A stretch of 64,000 bases of DNA. Source: Paraphysomonas bandaiensis (lineage: Eukaryota > Protista > Chrysophyceae). The position numbers and the translations under genes are program-made. Positions within the stretch are counted from its first letter, which is position 1. Every line of letters starts with the position of its first letter. The notes under the pieces are model-generated. The model was not told the DNA's origin and did no database searches. It was given only the letters and a program-made list of their open reading frames with translations. Location: the NCBI GenBank assembly GCA_965644295.1, contig CBFFRP010000036.1:1-64000 (forward strand). The letters run 5' to 3'. Shown one piece after another: positions 23,298 through 36,480 of the stretch.

Positions 23298-23870
23298 TTA
23301 TAGGACTGTCACGTCCACCTCTCCACCACTCGACATGAGCCAGATGGTTACCGTATCGCCTCTATCGGCAGCAAAGTTACACTGGAAGGCTTCCATCCTA
23401 GAACGAAAAGGCTCGGAAATTGTACTGCCACAGCTATAGACAAACACAATTTCTGCATTACGTAACGACTGCAGCACAAGTATTTGGCTTCTAATTCCTT
23501 TCCACACAGATTCCACGTCAACCTTAGGAATAACATCTTTTATATACGTATAAGTATTGATAATCTTATTAGATATGATGTCATCCGTATGACTTTTATC
23601 ATTACACTCCATGAAAAATATATACTCCTTATCATTATAATATGCACTGAAGATATTATCCCATTGAGCTAACAACTGATCTTTGCTTTCACGAATCTCA
23701 TTGTTTATAAGTGGCACAGTGACGACATCATCATATCCATTCCTCTCAAGCCATTTCATGAACAAGATATCTGAAGCATATTCCCTTTCATCGGCAATGT
23801 TTCTATGATTATCTACAAGTCTCTGAGACGAAATATCGATATTTTGAAGATTCTTTTTGATTTCATCCAT
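23298..23870 (-). CDS. Hypothetical protein, coiled-coil plus possible PD-(D/E)xK-like fold
   Basis: 190-aa intronless ORF; E...QWDNIF...IFFMEC resembles REase-fold motif spacing. Confidence 0.4.
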   Translation of the reverse strand: MDEIKKNLQNIDISSQRLVDNHRNIADEREYASDILFMKWLERNGYDDVVTVPLINNEIRESKDQLLAQWDNIFSAYYNDKEYIFFMECNDKSHTDDIISNKIINTYTYIKDVIPKVDVESVWKGIRSQILVLQSLRNAEIVFVYSCGSTISEPFRSRMEAFQCNFAADRGDTVTIWLMSSGGEVDVTVL

Positions 23871-24274
23871 ATCAGTGAGTATATTTTGATGTTATTGTGC
23901 TTCCACTGAGAGACTGTTAGTTACGAGGCTACTTATACACCGTACTGCATATATATATATATGATGATGCTACAGTGTACATACAGGTACAGTAGGACTC
24001 TTGTGTAGCGACAGAGAGTAAAATACAGAACAGTATACTGCTGTAGTGTGTAGTCAAATTAATTATGGAGGAATATTCCTCATAGGTGTATGTATATAGT
24101 GGTATATGTATGGTATACGGCTCGAATATCCACATGGACATAGCTATATATCCTGTGCGTGTATATGCATATGTGGATTAGCTTACTATTCATCCTTAAC
24201 GCTATTTATATTATGGGTAAACTCTTTCCTCTATAAACCTTCTGTATCAGTATTGTAGAGATACAGCAATAAGC

Positions 24275-26191
24275 ATGAGCAGTGAAAGCAAAGGCAACTC
24301 TACTCAAAGTGAACATGGTAGAATGATTCATCTTACGATCCTTAATTTATACAGAAAATTGAAAAGTGTTTTGCTCACAATATCAACACAATCAATTCGA
24401 AAATATTTCCCAACAAGAGAAGCTAAACAATTCTGTAGTAAAATTAAAGAAATCCATGATGTGTTGCTATCTTTGAGTGATAGTAAGGGACGTGAGCATT
24501 TCAAGAAGTTAACTGAGTTTGTCAAAGCATTAGAAACTGCTGTGAAACATATGCACAAGCAAGATGGAATATCATCATTTTACATTTTATTGATATGACT
24601 TCCGAATCAAATAATTCTCATAAGCAAATGATAAAGCTAATGAATGAAAATCAGAGACTGATTCTGAAAGTAAAGGAGCTGGAAAGTGTGTTGTCTGAAA
24701 TGGAAAACGACGTTTCTCTCGAGGAAATGTCTATATCAGATGATGGTACTGTGTCGGACTCATTATTCAAAAAACAGATGCAATTCGATTTTGCAGTCAA
24801 AAGTCGGTATCTATTTGTGAAACTTTAGTTTCAGTGGACAAAAATGACGGTCAAAGTAAGCTGATGGTATTGTATGAAGATCTTCAAAATGAACAGCCAC
24901 CCTCGAATAGTTATGTTATTTGGAGAAATGTTAATTCGGTTGATGTTAACCTATACTATATTTTGACATTAGGGAAAAATTTTGTCATCAACAACATGAC
25001 GAGTTCATGCAGTTACTGGAGGATTTTTATGATCCATCTTTTATTGGCCTCATTCAATCATACCATGATATTGTAGCAATATACCCCACGGCATGGAGTG
25101 TTAACGGATGTTGTCCTTTCGAGCCGGCCCTCGTTGTTTGTAGAAAGTTTTCCGACTGTAACGACGGCAATTTGGGCGAGTACTTAACTCTCTCAGATGG
25201 ACGAAATATCAAAGTTATTATAAAAGAAAACTACTTTAGCGAAGCGATGTATCAGCCTGGAATTGGAGTTGTAGGTTTTGATAATAAGTATGGATCGATT
25301 GGAGGTATTGCCTGTGATAAGCAAGACCAGTCTTATTTAATCGTAGGTTGTTGCTGCCCAAGACTTAGTGCAAAAACAAGGAAAATTGGCTGGTAAAAAC
25401 TCTAAGTTTATGATTCCCTCTCCAAGTACTAAAAAGGCATCGATTGTAGCACAGACAAGAAGTTTTGACACGGACTCACCATTGAATCTTCTCTTTTTGA
25501 ATACCTTGATGACCCAGTACCAGCATCCAAGTGTAAAAGATATATTTCGTGGTCACGATCAATCTGTGCACAGTGATATTACGTTAAAAGAGGTTTCTGA
25601 GTATGTGACTGAAAAGCACTACGAACTAAATGTACCTCGAGATACGATGATAATTTTCAGGAGATATTGTTAAGAAAATAAATACTGCGAAGGGTGAGAT
25701 AAGTATTACATATAGTGGAGATGTGGCAGCTACACCAACTGCGACTGAGAATATTTAACGAAGCGAGGGACATAAGTGACATTTTTGGATTTGACGACGT
25801 TTTTAATCGTTGGCAGAAAGGACTTTCTTCTATTGACGTATTTAAAAAGGGTGTCAATGATTCTTCGATCCGATCAGGAAGGATTTTAAAACCATTTCAC
25901 ATCCAGACCCCAGCAGATAGCAAGAGTAGATTCATGACAGATTATAAGATCAGCACATTGGATATAGTTAAAGGATCTCCTGGTAGAACATTACTTGGAC
26001 AGTTATTGGTACATTCTAACGATTTCGGTTGCCCTGGAGACTCTGGAAGCAGTGTTTATGTAGAGGATAGAGATTCAAATAGGCTTATTATTGGTACTTT
26101 TGTTGGGGGATTCAAGACTCGAGTTGAATTCGTCGTTTCACCAGCGGAAGTTACTGTTCATGGTGGCTTACAATGGGCACATATGATGTAA
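24275..26191 (+). pseudogene. Disrupted multi-frame gene ending in a trypsin-like serine peptidase domain
   Basis: GSIGGIA (start of fold) and FGCPGDSGSSVY...IIGTFVGG (catalytic Ser motif); frames overlap or shift; His motif degraded. Confidence 0.55.
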
Positions 26192-26279
26192 TAGTTATTC
26201 ATATAATCATAATAAATCAATTTTTCAAAGTATGTACTGCTGCTACTATTTGGTAAATAGTATTAAAATATTGTATAGA

Positions 26280-26822
26280 GTAGTGAATGTATGGTTATTA
26301 GCAATAGGTGTGTTAGAGTCAGAACTAATGTAGCCAAGCAATTTAACTAATTAATACTTAACTCTGATATCCTACTATTTGGCGCTACGAAAGCGTCACC
26401 GATAGCACTAAGGTGTAAGCACGTCGCTCTCAGTCCTTCAGGTGAACTAGCCCGGATGCTTGACTTCAGCAGGTAGCCTAGTATCCCGGATGCCTGTTTA
26501 CTCGTCAAGGCCCAAAGACACTAATTACTTTCTCTTGTACTACACAAGCATTTGGCTATAAGTGGGCAGAACAATATCTGCTGACTATATATGCGGCTCA
26601 CGTTAGTTTCTCAGAGAAATATCTCCGGCACTTATCTCCCAGAACACAACGAAACGGTGCGATTCCGACTTTGTTGAGGGGTTGTATGGGCTAAGAAAAT
26701 CATGGGGAAACGGAGAAGACACGTGATTGGTGATTTATAGTTGAGCAATAGTTAGTTAAATTGTAATGCTAAATTAGTTCTGACTCTTAAACGCCTATTG
26801 CTAATAATAAGACACTCACTAC
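26280..26822 (+). mobile_element. TIR-element family, copy B: complete ~540-bp MITE-like element
   Basis: Left GTAGTGAATGT..TTAGCAATAGG..AGAGTCAGAACTAAT is an imperfect ~50-bp inverted match to right ATTAGTTCTGACTCT..CCTATTGCTAA..ACACTCACTAC. Confidence 0.85.
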
Positions 26823-27037
26823 AAGTTACCTACCCCATATTACTACAAGTCTACATACTAGTTCGCGCTAAAGATATGCTGCGTACGTAAGAATACAATG
26901 ATAATACCTTTCTTCGACGACAGCAGCAATAATAATTAGCTGAAATATTCGAAAAATACTACCCAAATAATGCCATTGTCATTTCTAATACAGTCAATAT
27001 TTAAAGCGGTCAACATCAGCACCGAGATACAAGCTGA

Positions 27038-27889
27038 TTACTTGCGAGGTTTGGCAGCAGACTGCCAATCATCTGACTTCATAGTTGCAGTGATCGCTTT
27101 CGGGATAACCGCTGTACCGCCACGCGGATTGTGCACCAAAGCGTGCTCAGAAAAACTCTCCCAAGTAATACCACCAATCCTATCTGAATCAAAGTATGCA
27201 AAGAGTGCTAAGGACTGTATGTCATCCATATAACAATTGCTGAGCTCGAGAAACTGACGAAATTCATGCTCATCAAGTGTTTGACTGTTGTCCAAATCGA
27301 AATAATCATACAATTTGCGTGCCCTCACATGTTGGTCTGCGTAACTGTTAATTCTCTCAGACAATTTACTCTGAACCATTCTGAGTAACATCTGTTGAGT
27401 CTGCCCTCTCTTCCACAGTTGCTGAATAGCGTTGTTGTACCGCTCCTCTAACTCCATATGCTTGCCATAAGAGCGAAAATTCGTGAAACTGGAGCCTAGT
27501 GTCGACTGCTCTACTTTATCCTGTACATGACCAGCGCTTCGTAAAGGAGAATTTTTCCCTGTTGCATTTTTTTGAGATAAAAGATTTAGTTTTTCTTTTT
27601 GTTCATCTACAGAAGGAATAAGAGGCTTTCCACACACATTAATTGTCCCGTTGAGGTATCCGCTGTACCCTCGAATCATGATGCGATGATACGGTTCGTC
27701 AATAACATCAGCGGGCTTATTTTGCTTCGGTACATATCCAGAATAACCTCTCAATGCAATACGATGTTTAGAATTCGGAGATTCGTAACTGGGAATGCAA
27801 TATTCGTTTTCTTCATTTTCCTCATCACTCTCATCGTGGAACCCTCCATAGTACTCATCATCCATATCATTTATCGTTCTTGTAGTCAT
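27038..27889 (-). CDS. EF-hand pair protein with two GYSGY repeats (ciliary microtubule-inner-protein-like)
   Basis: RGYSGYVP / RGYSGYL; FDLDNSQTLDEHEF and FDSDRIGGITWESF; first ATG at 27889. Confidence 0.7.
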   Translation of the reverse strand: MTTRTINDMDDEYYGGFHDESDEENEENEYCIPSYESPNSKHRIALRGYSGYVPKQNKPADVIDEPYHRIMIRGYSGYLNGTINVCGKPLIPSVDEQKEKLNLLSQKNATGKNSPLRSAGHVQDKVEQSTLGSSFTNFRSYGKHMELEERYNNAIQQLWKRGQTQQMLLRMVQSKLSERINSYADQHVRARKLYDYFDLDNSQTLDEHEFRQFLELSNCYMDDIQSLALFAYFDSDRIGGITWESFSEHALVHNPRGGTAVIPKAITATMKSDDWQSAAKPRK

Positions 27890-29049
27890 AGTTGCAAATA
27901 AAGAGTCACTATATGATAACAGAGTTGTTGAGGGATATCCTAAAGTTAAATCATAAGTGTTCTGCAAGAAACAAGTTGTAATCAAACTGTTAATTGCTTA
28001 AATTGAGCGAGCTGATTGCAGTTGGTGATAGCAAACGTTACACAAAAACTTTGTGGCAAAAGCTGCCACTAATACGTACGTATTCTTTGTACTGTAGGAA
28101 TTCCAAAGTCGATTTACAACGAAAACAGGCAGAATACCATACGAATACAACGAAAACCATGATTTTTTTTAACTGATCGACATTTTCCCACAGAGTGATT
28201 GTGTATATATACAGTACAATGTCCAAGTGTACTTGCTCTAGATGATTGATTCGAAGTATTGGGGAAAACTGTACGATATTATATTTTACCTTTTCTGTCC
28301 TTTCCTTTTTTTACAAGATGCTCTAACTTAGAAGAGGAAAAAAAGTAAAAACAAAAATTACCCTTACCAATTTTACATATTGAACGCAGTCAGCTGTGTA
28401 TTGACTGGAGCAGTCTGCTGCCTATGCAGTGAATGTGCCTCTATATCTCTGTGAATCTCATCACACTAGTGGAGGTTGTCTGAACCATAGATTAATCCTA
28501 TTACTGGGGCTGTATAATTGATAGTCTGCTGTCGACTATAGACCAAACCTCACACTTACGCCATGCTATTAAACATGGACCCATTGCTATGACCCACACA
28601 TGCTGCTAATCCTTAGATAGAGAGATCAAGGCTTAGTGAGGTAAAGATGTGTAGCAAAGCTTGTAGAGTTGAACAAATGCTAAGTACCAAACTCTCCATA
28701 TAGTGACTACGATGCGGACAGTAATCCAACCGTATCATATTATTACAACTGAAAGATAAATAGACGACGCGATATGTCTACATATATATATATACGAACG
28801 AAGAAAGTAGAGACAGATATATCAATTGTGTGTTCATATATGCTGTATTAATTGGATGTATAGAAAAGTGACATGTAATTGATTATTTAAAAGCGATGTT
28901 GATGATATGTAGTGTAATATAGTCATTTTGTTTTTAAGTATATTTACAAGAAAAGGGTTACAGATATAGAGACGTTAAACTGATCCTTGTATGATTGTGA
29001 TTGTGAGAGAATCTTCTATGCACAAACGAGACTTGTGGGTTTTCTCCCA

Positions 29050-30345
29050 ATATACTGTAATAAGGTGTAAGAAAGCGCCTACTATTACTTACTAAGCACT
29101 CAACACAGTCAACGCTATACGCTAGATAACGCCGCGCTGTAAAGACAGCGTCATGTAACTTAAAACAATGACATACAGAATAATATATAGAATGGAACTA
29201 CGGGCTGAAGGTAGTTTAAGACTGTGAGGTATAGTTATTAATGCTTCTTTCATTCCGAGTCGAGTTTAAGCACAGTTAGGATACTTATTGATCATTTCAG
29301 TAGCTTACTCAAAAGACATTTTGTGCCCAGGGCGCTTCTTATTCAAGTTAACGCAAGTAGCATAGGCTCCAATATGACCTTGCCAGGCGTTGTGAACTGC
29401 TCGGAAACTTTCTTCTTTATCATATTTTACCAATTTATGAGAGGTCTTAACTTAACAACTGCATTAAACTTACACTCAATGCTCTGAGTTATAAATTATA
29501 AGCAATAGCAGAACTTAACACTCCCTCTCAATTCAAAGCTTTAGATAGACTCTTCACATCCCAAGACATAACTGACTGATACGCAACCACCAAAAAACAA
29601 CTAGGGCAAACTGGTGAACGTATGACTCCGACTTTTCAGCTAGCCTTACCATGATGGTCAACGTGCTTACAATCTTCTACCTCGTTTCTTCGAATTTTCT
29701 CTGACAATTTCCTTCGAACATTTCTGATCCTCGCCTAGACATCTCTTCCTGTGCTTTCATAAGTCACAACACACAAGGGTTTTGTACATATGTCTGTAGT
29801 CTGGTTATCAGTCCCCACGTGATACAATATAGCAGTGGGCTGCAGGACCTACGAGAGTTCACAAACCCGTCCAATCAGCGTATGTAAAGATATGCATATC
29901 AAATTCGCGTCCGCTGAAACAAATGCCCTTCAGTATTGTGCCCCTTATATACTGTAATAGGTAAGTCATTAGACGACATGTTGCTCGAGTAGGCTTAGAA
30001 GCATATACATCGTGATAACTAACCAACTGCATATGCAATATCAGGGCAAGTATTCTTCGATATAGGTAAAATATAGCACCCAGTACACTGCGATAGGGAT
30101 AATGTCTGTATCCTCTTCCTTCAGAGATGATCCTTCGTGAATTAAATTGTTTATTCTGTCCATGGCATCCATAGGTAACGGCGATTTCCGTGTTTTATTC
30201 GCTGGATGAAGAAAGTCTTCATACTTATTGAGAATCTTCTCCGCATATGTGGATTGATCCTATCGAATGTACTTCGGAGTCCTTGTGACTCGGACGATGA
30301 TTCTTCATAGGTTTCTGGTTCTCTGCAATTAGATATAATATTCTT
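29050..30345 (-). mobile_element. Degenerate Ty1/copia remnant (RT/RNase H 3' end, PPT, 3' LTR; left boundary uncertain)
   Basis: Minus strand gives DQSTYAEKILNKY, CPDIAYAVG*LSR and HVGTDNQTTDICTKP; PPT GAGAGGGAG followed by TGTTAAG at 29520. Confidence 0.75.
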
Positions 30346-30349
30346 ATAT

Positions 30350-30630
30350 AATGTTTGATTGCTTAGCTATAGGCATGTAAGTGTTCAAACTAAACAGAGA
30401 ATCCATCTAGTACTTAATACTGATATCCCTCTATTTGACGCTACGGAGGCTGCGTGTACGTCGCCGCAAGCACCAAGATGCGACCACCTCCGATCTCTGT
30501 CCTTAAGATGAACAGCCCGGATGCTTGACTTCAGGAGTAGCCCAACCCCGGATGTCTTTGAGGTGGGCCCATTCCGGGATGCCTGTTTATTCGTCAAGGC
30601 CCAAAGACGTTTACACAAGTGACACTTTTT
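30350..30630 (+). repeat. TIR-element family, copy C (partial)
   Basis: GACGCTACGGAGGCTGC..GCAAGCACCAAG, CCCGGATGCTTGACTTC, GATGCCTGTTTATTCGTCAAGGCCCAAAGAC. Confidence 0.8.
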
Positions 30631-31689
30631 AGTAACTGCAAAAGTCGACATTTGCAAAACTCGACTTTCATTATCTCACCACATACAAACAATAAATACT
30701 GAAAACTGATCACTCATATTATTATTACTTCCTATAATAATAATTATATATACTCATAATAAACTATATACAAGAATGATCACTGATATCGATGCACTTA
30801 GAGGGCGCGAAATGGGAGAGAATGCTTGATGTAGAGATCTACGATACATTCGGAACAAATGGTCAGCTGAGGTTTTTAAAGGAAAAGAAGGAACTACCCG
30901 AAGCGTGTGAAGCCACCTTAGCCATGAAGAAAGCAGAAGATGTACATTCATTCGTTGTATGGGAAGCACCTCGATACTGCATGAGAGACCTAAAAGATAG
31001 CTAAAAGTGTGATGTTGGCATTCCTCCTTGTGCATCTTCATCTCCCAGTGTTGCAAGTTCTCATCATGGATCCTCTGGTAAGGGCAAGAAGTGCTACTTC
31101 GAAGATCTCTCTCTTGACGGCTATAAAAGAGTGGTTTTAATGAACCTCCAAGAAAACAGAAGAGGAACTAATTCACTTACATGCAATGAGTGAATATTAT
31201 GTCAACGCCAAAAGAAGGACAGCATAAAGAGCTTAGAAGATGTCATTCAGTCCCATGCTTTCTCAATGCTTAGCGAAGTTGGGAAGAAATCCAGAAGAGC
31301 ATTTAGGGATAAAGTACGCCACAAGCCTCTGTTGGAGTAGATAAATAATGGCAACAGCTTAATTGCTACCATATATCCAGTTGACAGCAACCTATCTAAA
31401 CTTATTAGTTACTATAAGTCTTCGTAAATGTTGTTATATCGGAACTTATTATTACAATGTTAATGCTAAATCCTATTCATACTTCTCTTATATACGAAGT
31501 ATGCGTTGATGGGCGACAAATTTGTAACTCTCGGAGTCGGTTAGTTAAGCTTAGACGAGTATCACTTTCCTCCATATCAGTCCTTCTACTACCACGATAC
31601 AAGCCGGTAGTTCCATTTGAAAAGACGGGTTCGCCACATCCTTTGGTCGGATATCCGTTTGCATTACATGCGGCATTGTAGCACCAAAT

Positions 31690-32390
31690 ATATATCCATA
31701 CAGAAATTATAAAACTTACATGCTACACGAATGATCAGTGGAATCTTGACGAAGGATACACGAAGAGGACATCAGAATATTCCCCTTCGACCAACAAGTA
31801 ATTCAAAAGCTCGCTCTACAACCTGTCTAGGCAATGAAAGATGAAAGATAAATGAGTCCTTGTAGGCCTAAATTTTTCCCTTTGTACGGAGATAATTCCT
31901 GTGCAATGTTAACGTATGCCTCATGGAGCACAAAGTGCGCCCACGAAGGAAGACATCCGTCTCTAAGAGCTTTCGAAAGGTCACTCAAAATATAGGCCGT
32001 ACTGTTCGTGCGTAAGAGAACACACTTGCATTGATATATTGAGAAATTTACAGCTGGAGTCCACGAAAGCTTGCATGCCATAGGCGTAGTAGCCTTTCCT
32101 GTAAAGAAGGAATGTATATCTCCATCCACTTCTTTAATCGAAGGCTTTCTCATTTTGAACACCACTCCATCTCCTGCAGCAACGGTACCCGGAAACACAC
32201 CTTTGGAAATATTCAAAAAGCCTTGCTCCTGCTCTCTCAATTTAACTTTACCATTCAATGGCAAACATATATTATTCAATACTTTATCGATGGCTTCTAA
32301 GCATTGGTAGAAGTATGTGACTACGTGGTTCTCAGATATTTCATAACGGAACAAAATATCTAGGTAACTCCCCCCAGCCGGTTTACGCAA
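31690..32390 (-). pseudogene. PIF/Harbinger (DDE_Tnp_4/HARBI1-like) transposase, frameshifted
   Basis: GGSYLDI, FPGTVAAGDG, KGYYAYGMQAFVDS (after shift), KDSFIFHLS..RQVVERAFELLVGRRGIF*CPL, ACKFYNFC. Confidence 0.88.
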
Positions 32391-32430
32391 CGTAATTATA
32401 ATAGGATGTATGTATACAAGATCCAGAAAG

Positions 32431-32772
32431 AGTTAAATTGAGAGAGCAGGAGCAAGGCTTTTCGAATATTTCCAAAGGTGTGTTTCCGGGTACCGTTGCT
32501 GCAGGAGATGGAGTGGTGTTCAAAATGAGAAAGCCTTCGATTGAAGAAGTGGATGGAGATATACATTCCTTCTTTACAGGAAAGGCTACTACGCCTATGG
32601 CATGCAAGCTTTCGTGGACTCCAGCTGTACATTTCTCAATATATCAATGCAAGTGTGTTCTCTTACGCACGAACAGTACGGCCTATATTCTGAGTGACCT
32701 TTCGAAAGCTCTTAGAGACGGACGTCTTCCTTCGTGGGCGCACTTTGTGCTCCATGAGGCATACGTTAACAT
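32431..32772 (+). pseudogene. Inverted partial copy of the Harbinger transposase
   Basis: Reverse complement of 31906-32247 with a few substitutions. Confidence 0.88.
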
Positions 32773-33849
32773 AGTACGGGAATTGTATCGTGGTAGTAGA
32801 AGGACTGATATGGAGGAAAGTGATACTCGTCTAAGCTTAACTAACCGACTCCGAGAGTTACAAATTTGTCGCCCATCAACGCATACTTCGTATATAAGAG
32901 AAGTATGAATAGGATTTAGCATTAACATTGTAATAATAAGTTCCGATATAACAACATTTACGAAGACTTATAGTAACTAATAAGTTTAGATAGGTTGCTG
33001 TCAACTGGATATATGGTAGCAATTAAGCTGTTGCTATTATTTATCTACTCCAACAGAGGCTTGTGGCGTACTTTTATCCCTAAATGCTCTTCTGGATTTC
33101 TTCCCAACTTCGCTAAGCATTGAGAAAGCATGGGACTGAATGACATCTTCTAAGCTCTTTATGCTGTCCTTCTTTTGGCGTTGACATAATATTCACTCAT
33201 TGCATGTAAGTGAATTAGTTCCTCTTCTGTTTTCTTGGAGGTTCATTAAAACCACTCTTTTATAGCCGTCAAGAGAGAGATCTTCGAAGTAGCACTTCTT
33301 GCCCTTACCAGAGGATCCATGATGAGAACTTGCAACACTGGGAGATGAAGATGCACAAGGAGGAATGCCAACATCACACTTTTAGCTATCTTTTAGGTCT
33401 CTCATGCAGTATCGAGGTGCTTCCCATACAACGAATGAATGTACAAGAAGACAGTGTATCACCACACGACAAAAATTCTCAAAGAATTCATCCAGACCTT
33501 CACCGTAACCCTCGACTAGATGACCGCTGATAACGATTGTAATACTACGTAGTGTATTGAGTTCTCAAACCAGAGAATAGTGTTCTTAACTTCTCTCCAC
33601 TGAATGGCTCTACAGGCAAAACACTTGGATCAATATCAGCAACCCAAATATCCGTTTGGTTGTTTGACACTTCCCATCCATGATTACTAAAGAAATCCAG
33701 CGCAAGCGTATTCCACAACTTGATATTCCTTAATCGTTTTTCGTATGTAGCTCTTCATCTGGACACCAGAAAAAATTGTATCCAATACCATACAGGCTCC
33801 AATGAACGGGACTGTAATGACACAACTATTCTGACACCCACCCCATAAG

Positions 33850-36480
33850 CTACGCCGCCCTTTTCACACCCTGTCTTCGTCTCGTACCTATGCCCGATCT
33901 GGTCCCCAAACATTCCTGTCCGCCCTCACTGGACACACTGGATATTATCAAGGGCAGGCGAGGACGACCGGTCGCACTGGGACTTCTCCCAGACTTCCGA
34001 CCTTGGCCACTCTAGTCTTGTCCTGCTGTCCAGTACGGCACGCTACACACGACTTACTTCCATCCCTTGCTTACGCATCACAGACTCCCTTCTCTACCAC
34101 ACTATTTCCATTAAATCTTCACAAACATACACCAGAGCCACTGTTGCGTTCCTCCCAACATCAATGATGTGGCCTCGCCCACACAAGGTGATTGATACAG
34201 AGAACCAACGCACTACAGCCTCACATCTCCCATGCACCCCTTCCACGATATCTCCACAGACATCCACCAGAGTCGCTGTTGAGTTCCTTGCTATATGAGC
34301 AATATGTAGCACTGACTACACAAGGCTAGAGCGAAGCCCCCTCGTATTGTTGTAGTAGATATAGTTGAGAAAGGAACTCTGAATGCCGTATACAGAGCCA
34401 GAAATAACCAGCGGGAAGCGAAAACTAAGCGGAGCAGCAAAAGCAGGTAAGACTGGACGCCCGTAAGAGGAAGGGTGGGACTGAGAGGAGGACAAGTCCA
34501 GTGCGATAGATGTTATACCTTCCACCACCGTTTTAACATGCTCAAGAAGCGGAACCCTGGGAACAAACAAAAAGTCAAGACACGTATAGTTCTGATGAAG
34601 AGGATATTCAGCAGGTCATGATAGTGACCCCTTGACCACTTACTCTGTTGGTGACGAAATTTTTACTGTCACCAAAATGCGTGGCACTATATATGCTATG
34701 ATGATGATGGTACTTCTTACCATGTCTTGTTTACAAGAGCAGCAATAAGAGGGCTTCTAGCAGATAGGACAAGTCCGTGTTCCCCAAGCACTTCTCCCTT
34801 GCACCTAGTATATGTATCGATTCGTTTGTTATATTTTTCTTACATGTATTTATTTCTTACGGACGACAATAGTCCCACAAAAAACTCCAGCACCCTCCAA
34901 TAGGAGAAAGCGTGTCAGGACATGGGATTACGTTCAAGAACCTGTTCAAAGTACACTAGTTTAAACAAAGCGCTGTATAGTATTATAGTCAGCAGTAACA
35001 TTTGTTTCGACCGTTGCACCAGGTTTTATGCCCAGGTCGACTTGAACCTATGCGCCCCTATCCCAGTTGCCATAGCACCCCACATCCGTGTAGTCAGTGA
35101 AGTCCAGGAGGAAGTAGCCCCAAACTGCGAGATCTTGATCATTCAAAGAGACGTTGCCGTTGTTAATCCATCAGCGCCACACCTCAACACACAGAGATCT
35201 TGCTTCCTCCTTAAACATACACCAGCACCGCCCCCACCGTGCGTAAACAGACCAGCGCCCCTCTTCATGTCGCACTTCCCCCCGCCAATCCTCCCTCTAG
35301 GCACACGACAACGTGATATTATCCCATTCCTACAGAGAATGGACGACCATCACCCCAGACACTCTCGCAACCACATTCGACCTCGACGTTGTTGATCACA
35401 TCATAATACTGCCACTAGCCCTAAATTCCGACACTCCTTTACAACACATTGGGCAATGGTTGCAACCCTTGTAGCACAACACACTGCATTCTCCCACGCT
35501 TCCTCACTGGACGACGAGGATTACAACTACACCATCCAAAAGGGATTCTGCCAATCGCCACAGCATTCCTTGTTCGAACCCACTCACAAACAGGCGAATT
35601 CCTAGCCGTTAGCATAGATAACCCCTGTCACGTCAGAGGACTCCTTGACATCGTGGACGAAGGCCTCGCCCTTTTGCACACAGGGGATCCATGACTCTCT
35701 CAGACACACAGGGATATTCTTGTTGGATCTCATTCTAATTTATGGTGGAATACCTGGACCGGCCAAGGGACGGCCCCACTTATTAAACCAGTCTATAGAT
35801 ACAGGATATATATATACAGGACGGCTGGCCAAGAGACAGTCTACAAAAGAGGATCAGGAGTGTGGGATGACTAAGGCCATGCAGAGGAGATAGAGGAGGT
35901 GCCAAGGGTTGAGGCAGGGTGGGAGGACTACATTGAGGGTGGAAGTGCCGGCCTGAGTGGAGATGAGCCGCAAACAGGGAAGTCAGCGAGAGGAAGGAGA
36001 GAGGGACTGGAGAATACTGAGGCCGCCAGGGAGTTGTTCAGTGAAAAGTTGCGGTTAGGGGAGTTGGAACAAGGGTAACAAAGCAGGCCCCAGAATATAC
36101 CGTCATGAGTGTGGGATCGTCAAGAGTATGCCACCGAGAAGGCAAGGGATCAGCCGATCATAGAGTGTGAGGAAATCCAAGGACGGAGACCCTGGTGTTT
36201 GACCATAAGTGTAAGAGCTGCCGCTGCACCGAGATATGCCACGGTATGCTGAGTGTGTTGGTACAGGAGGGATCATACAGTGAAGCAGCGCAAGGAGGAT
36301 GAGTGTATGAAGGCACTAGAGAGGGGAGGAGAAAGAGCAGTCAGAGGGCAGCCCAGCAAGGCGGACAGAGGATGAGAGTATTGGGCACACCAGGAGAGGG
36401 GTGGGGCGTAGGAAGTAGGCCCAGTGGACGGAGGAGAGCTGCTGAGGAGGGGAAGAGAGACGGAGGGAAGTCACGAATAC
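33850..36480 (-). mobile_element. Highly degenerate retroelement relic, possibly DIRS/tyrosine-recombinase type
   Basis: GC-richer block; minus-strand scraps RIPFGW (RT-like), MWGAMATGIGA (RNase H-like) and KT...VVLAC..PVCPVRA (YR-like) in RT-RH-YR order; many stops. Confidence 0.35.

Larger units (their letters stand above)
30941..33445. repeat. Large inverted duplication (fold-back): 30941-31602 vs 32783-33445 and 31906-32247 vs 32431-32772
   Basis: Near-identical reverse-complement arms; identical short ORFs appear on opposite strands in the ORF track. Confidence 0.95.

Noticed and set aside
30385-30657. ORFs within the TIR family (also 6439-6639, 59179-59388) as TnpB/Fanzor or transposase
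   Set aside because: No RuvC, zinc-finger or DDE motifs; frames not conserved between copies
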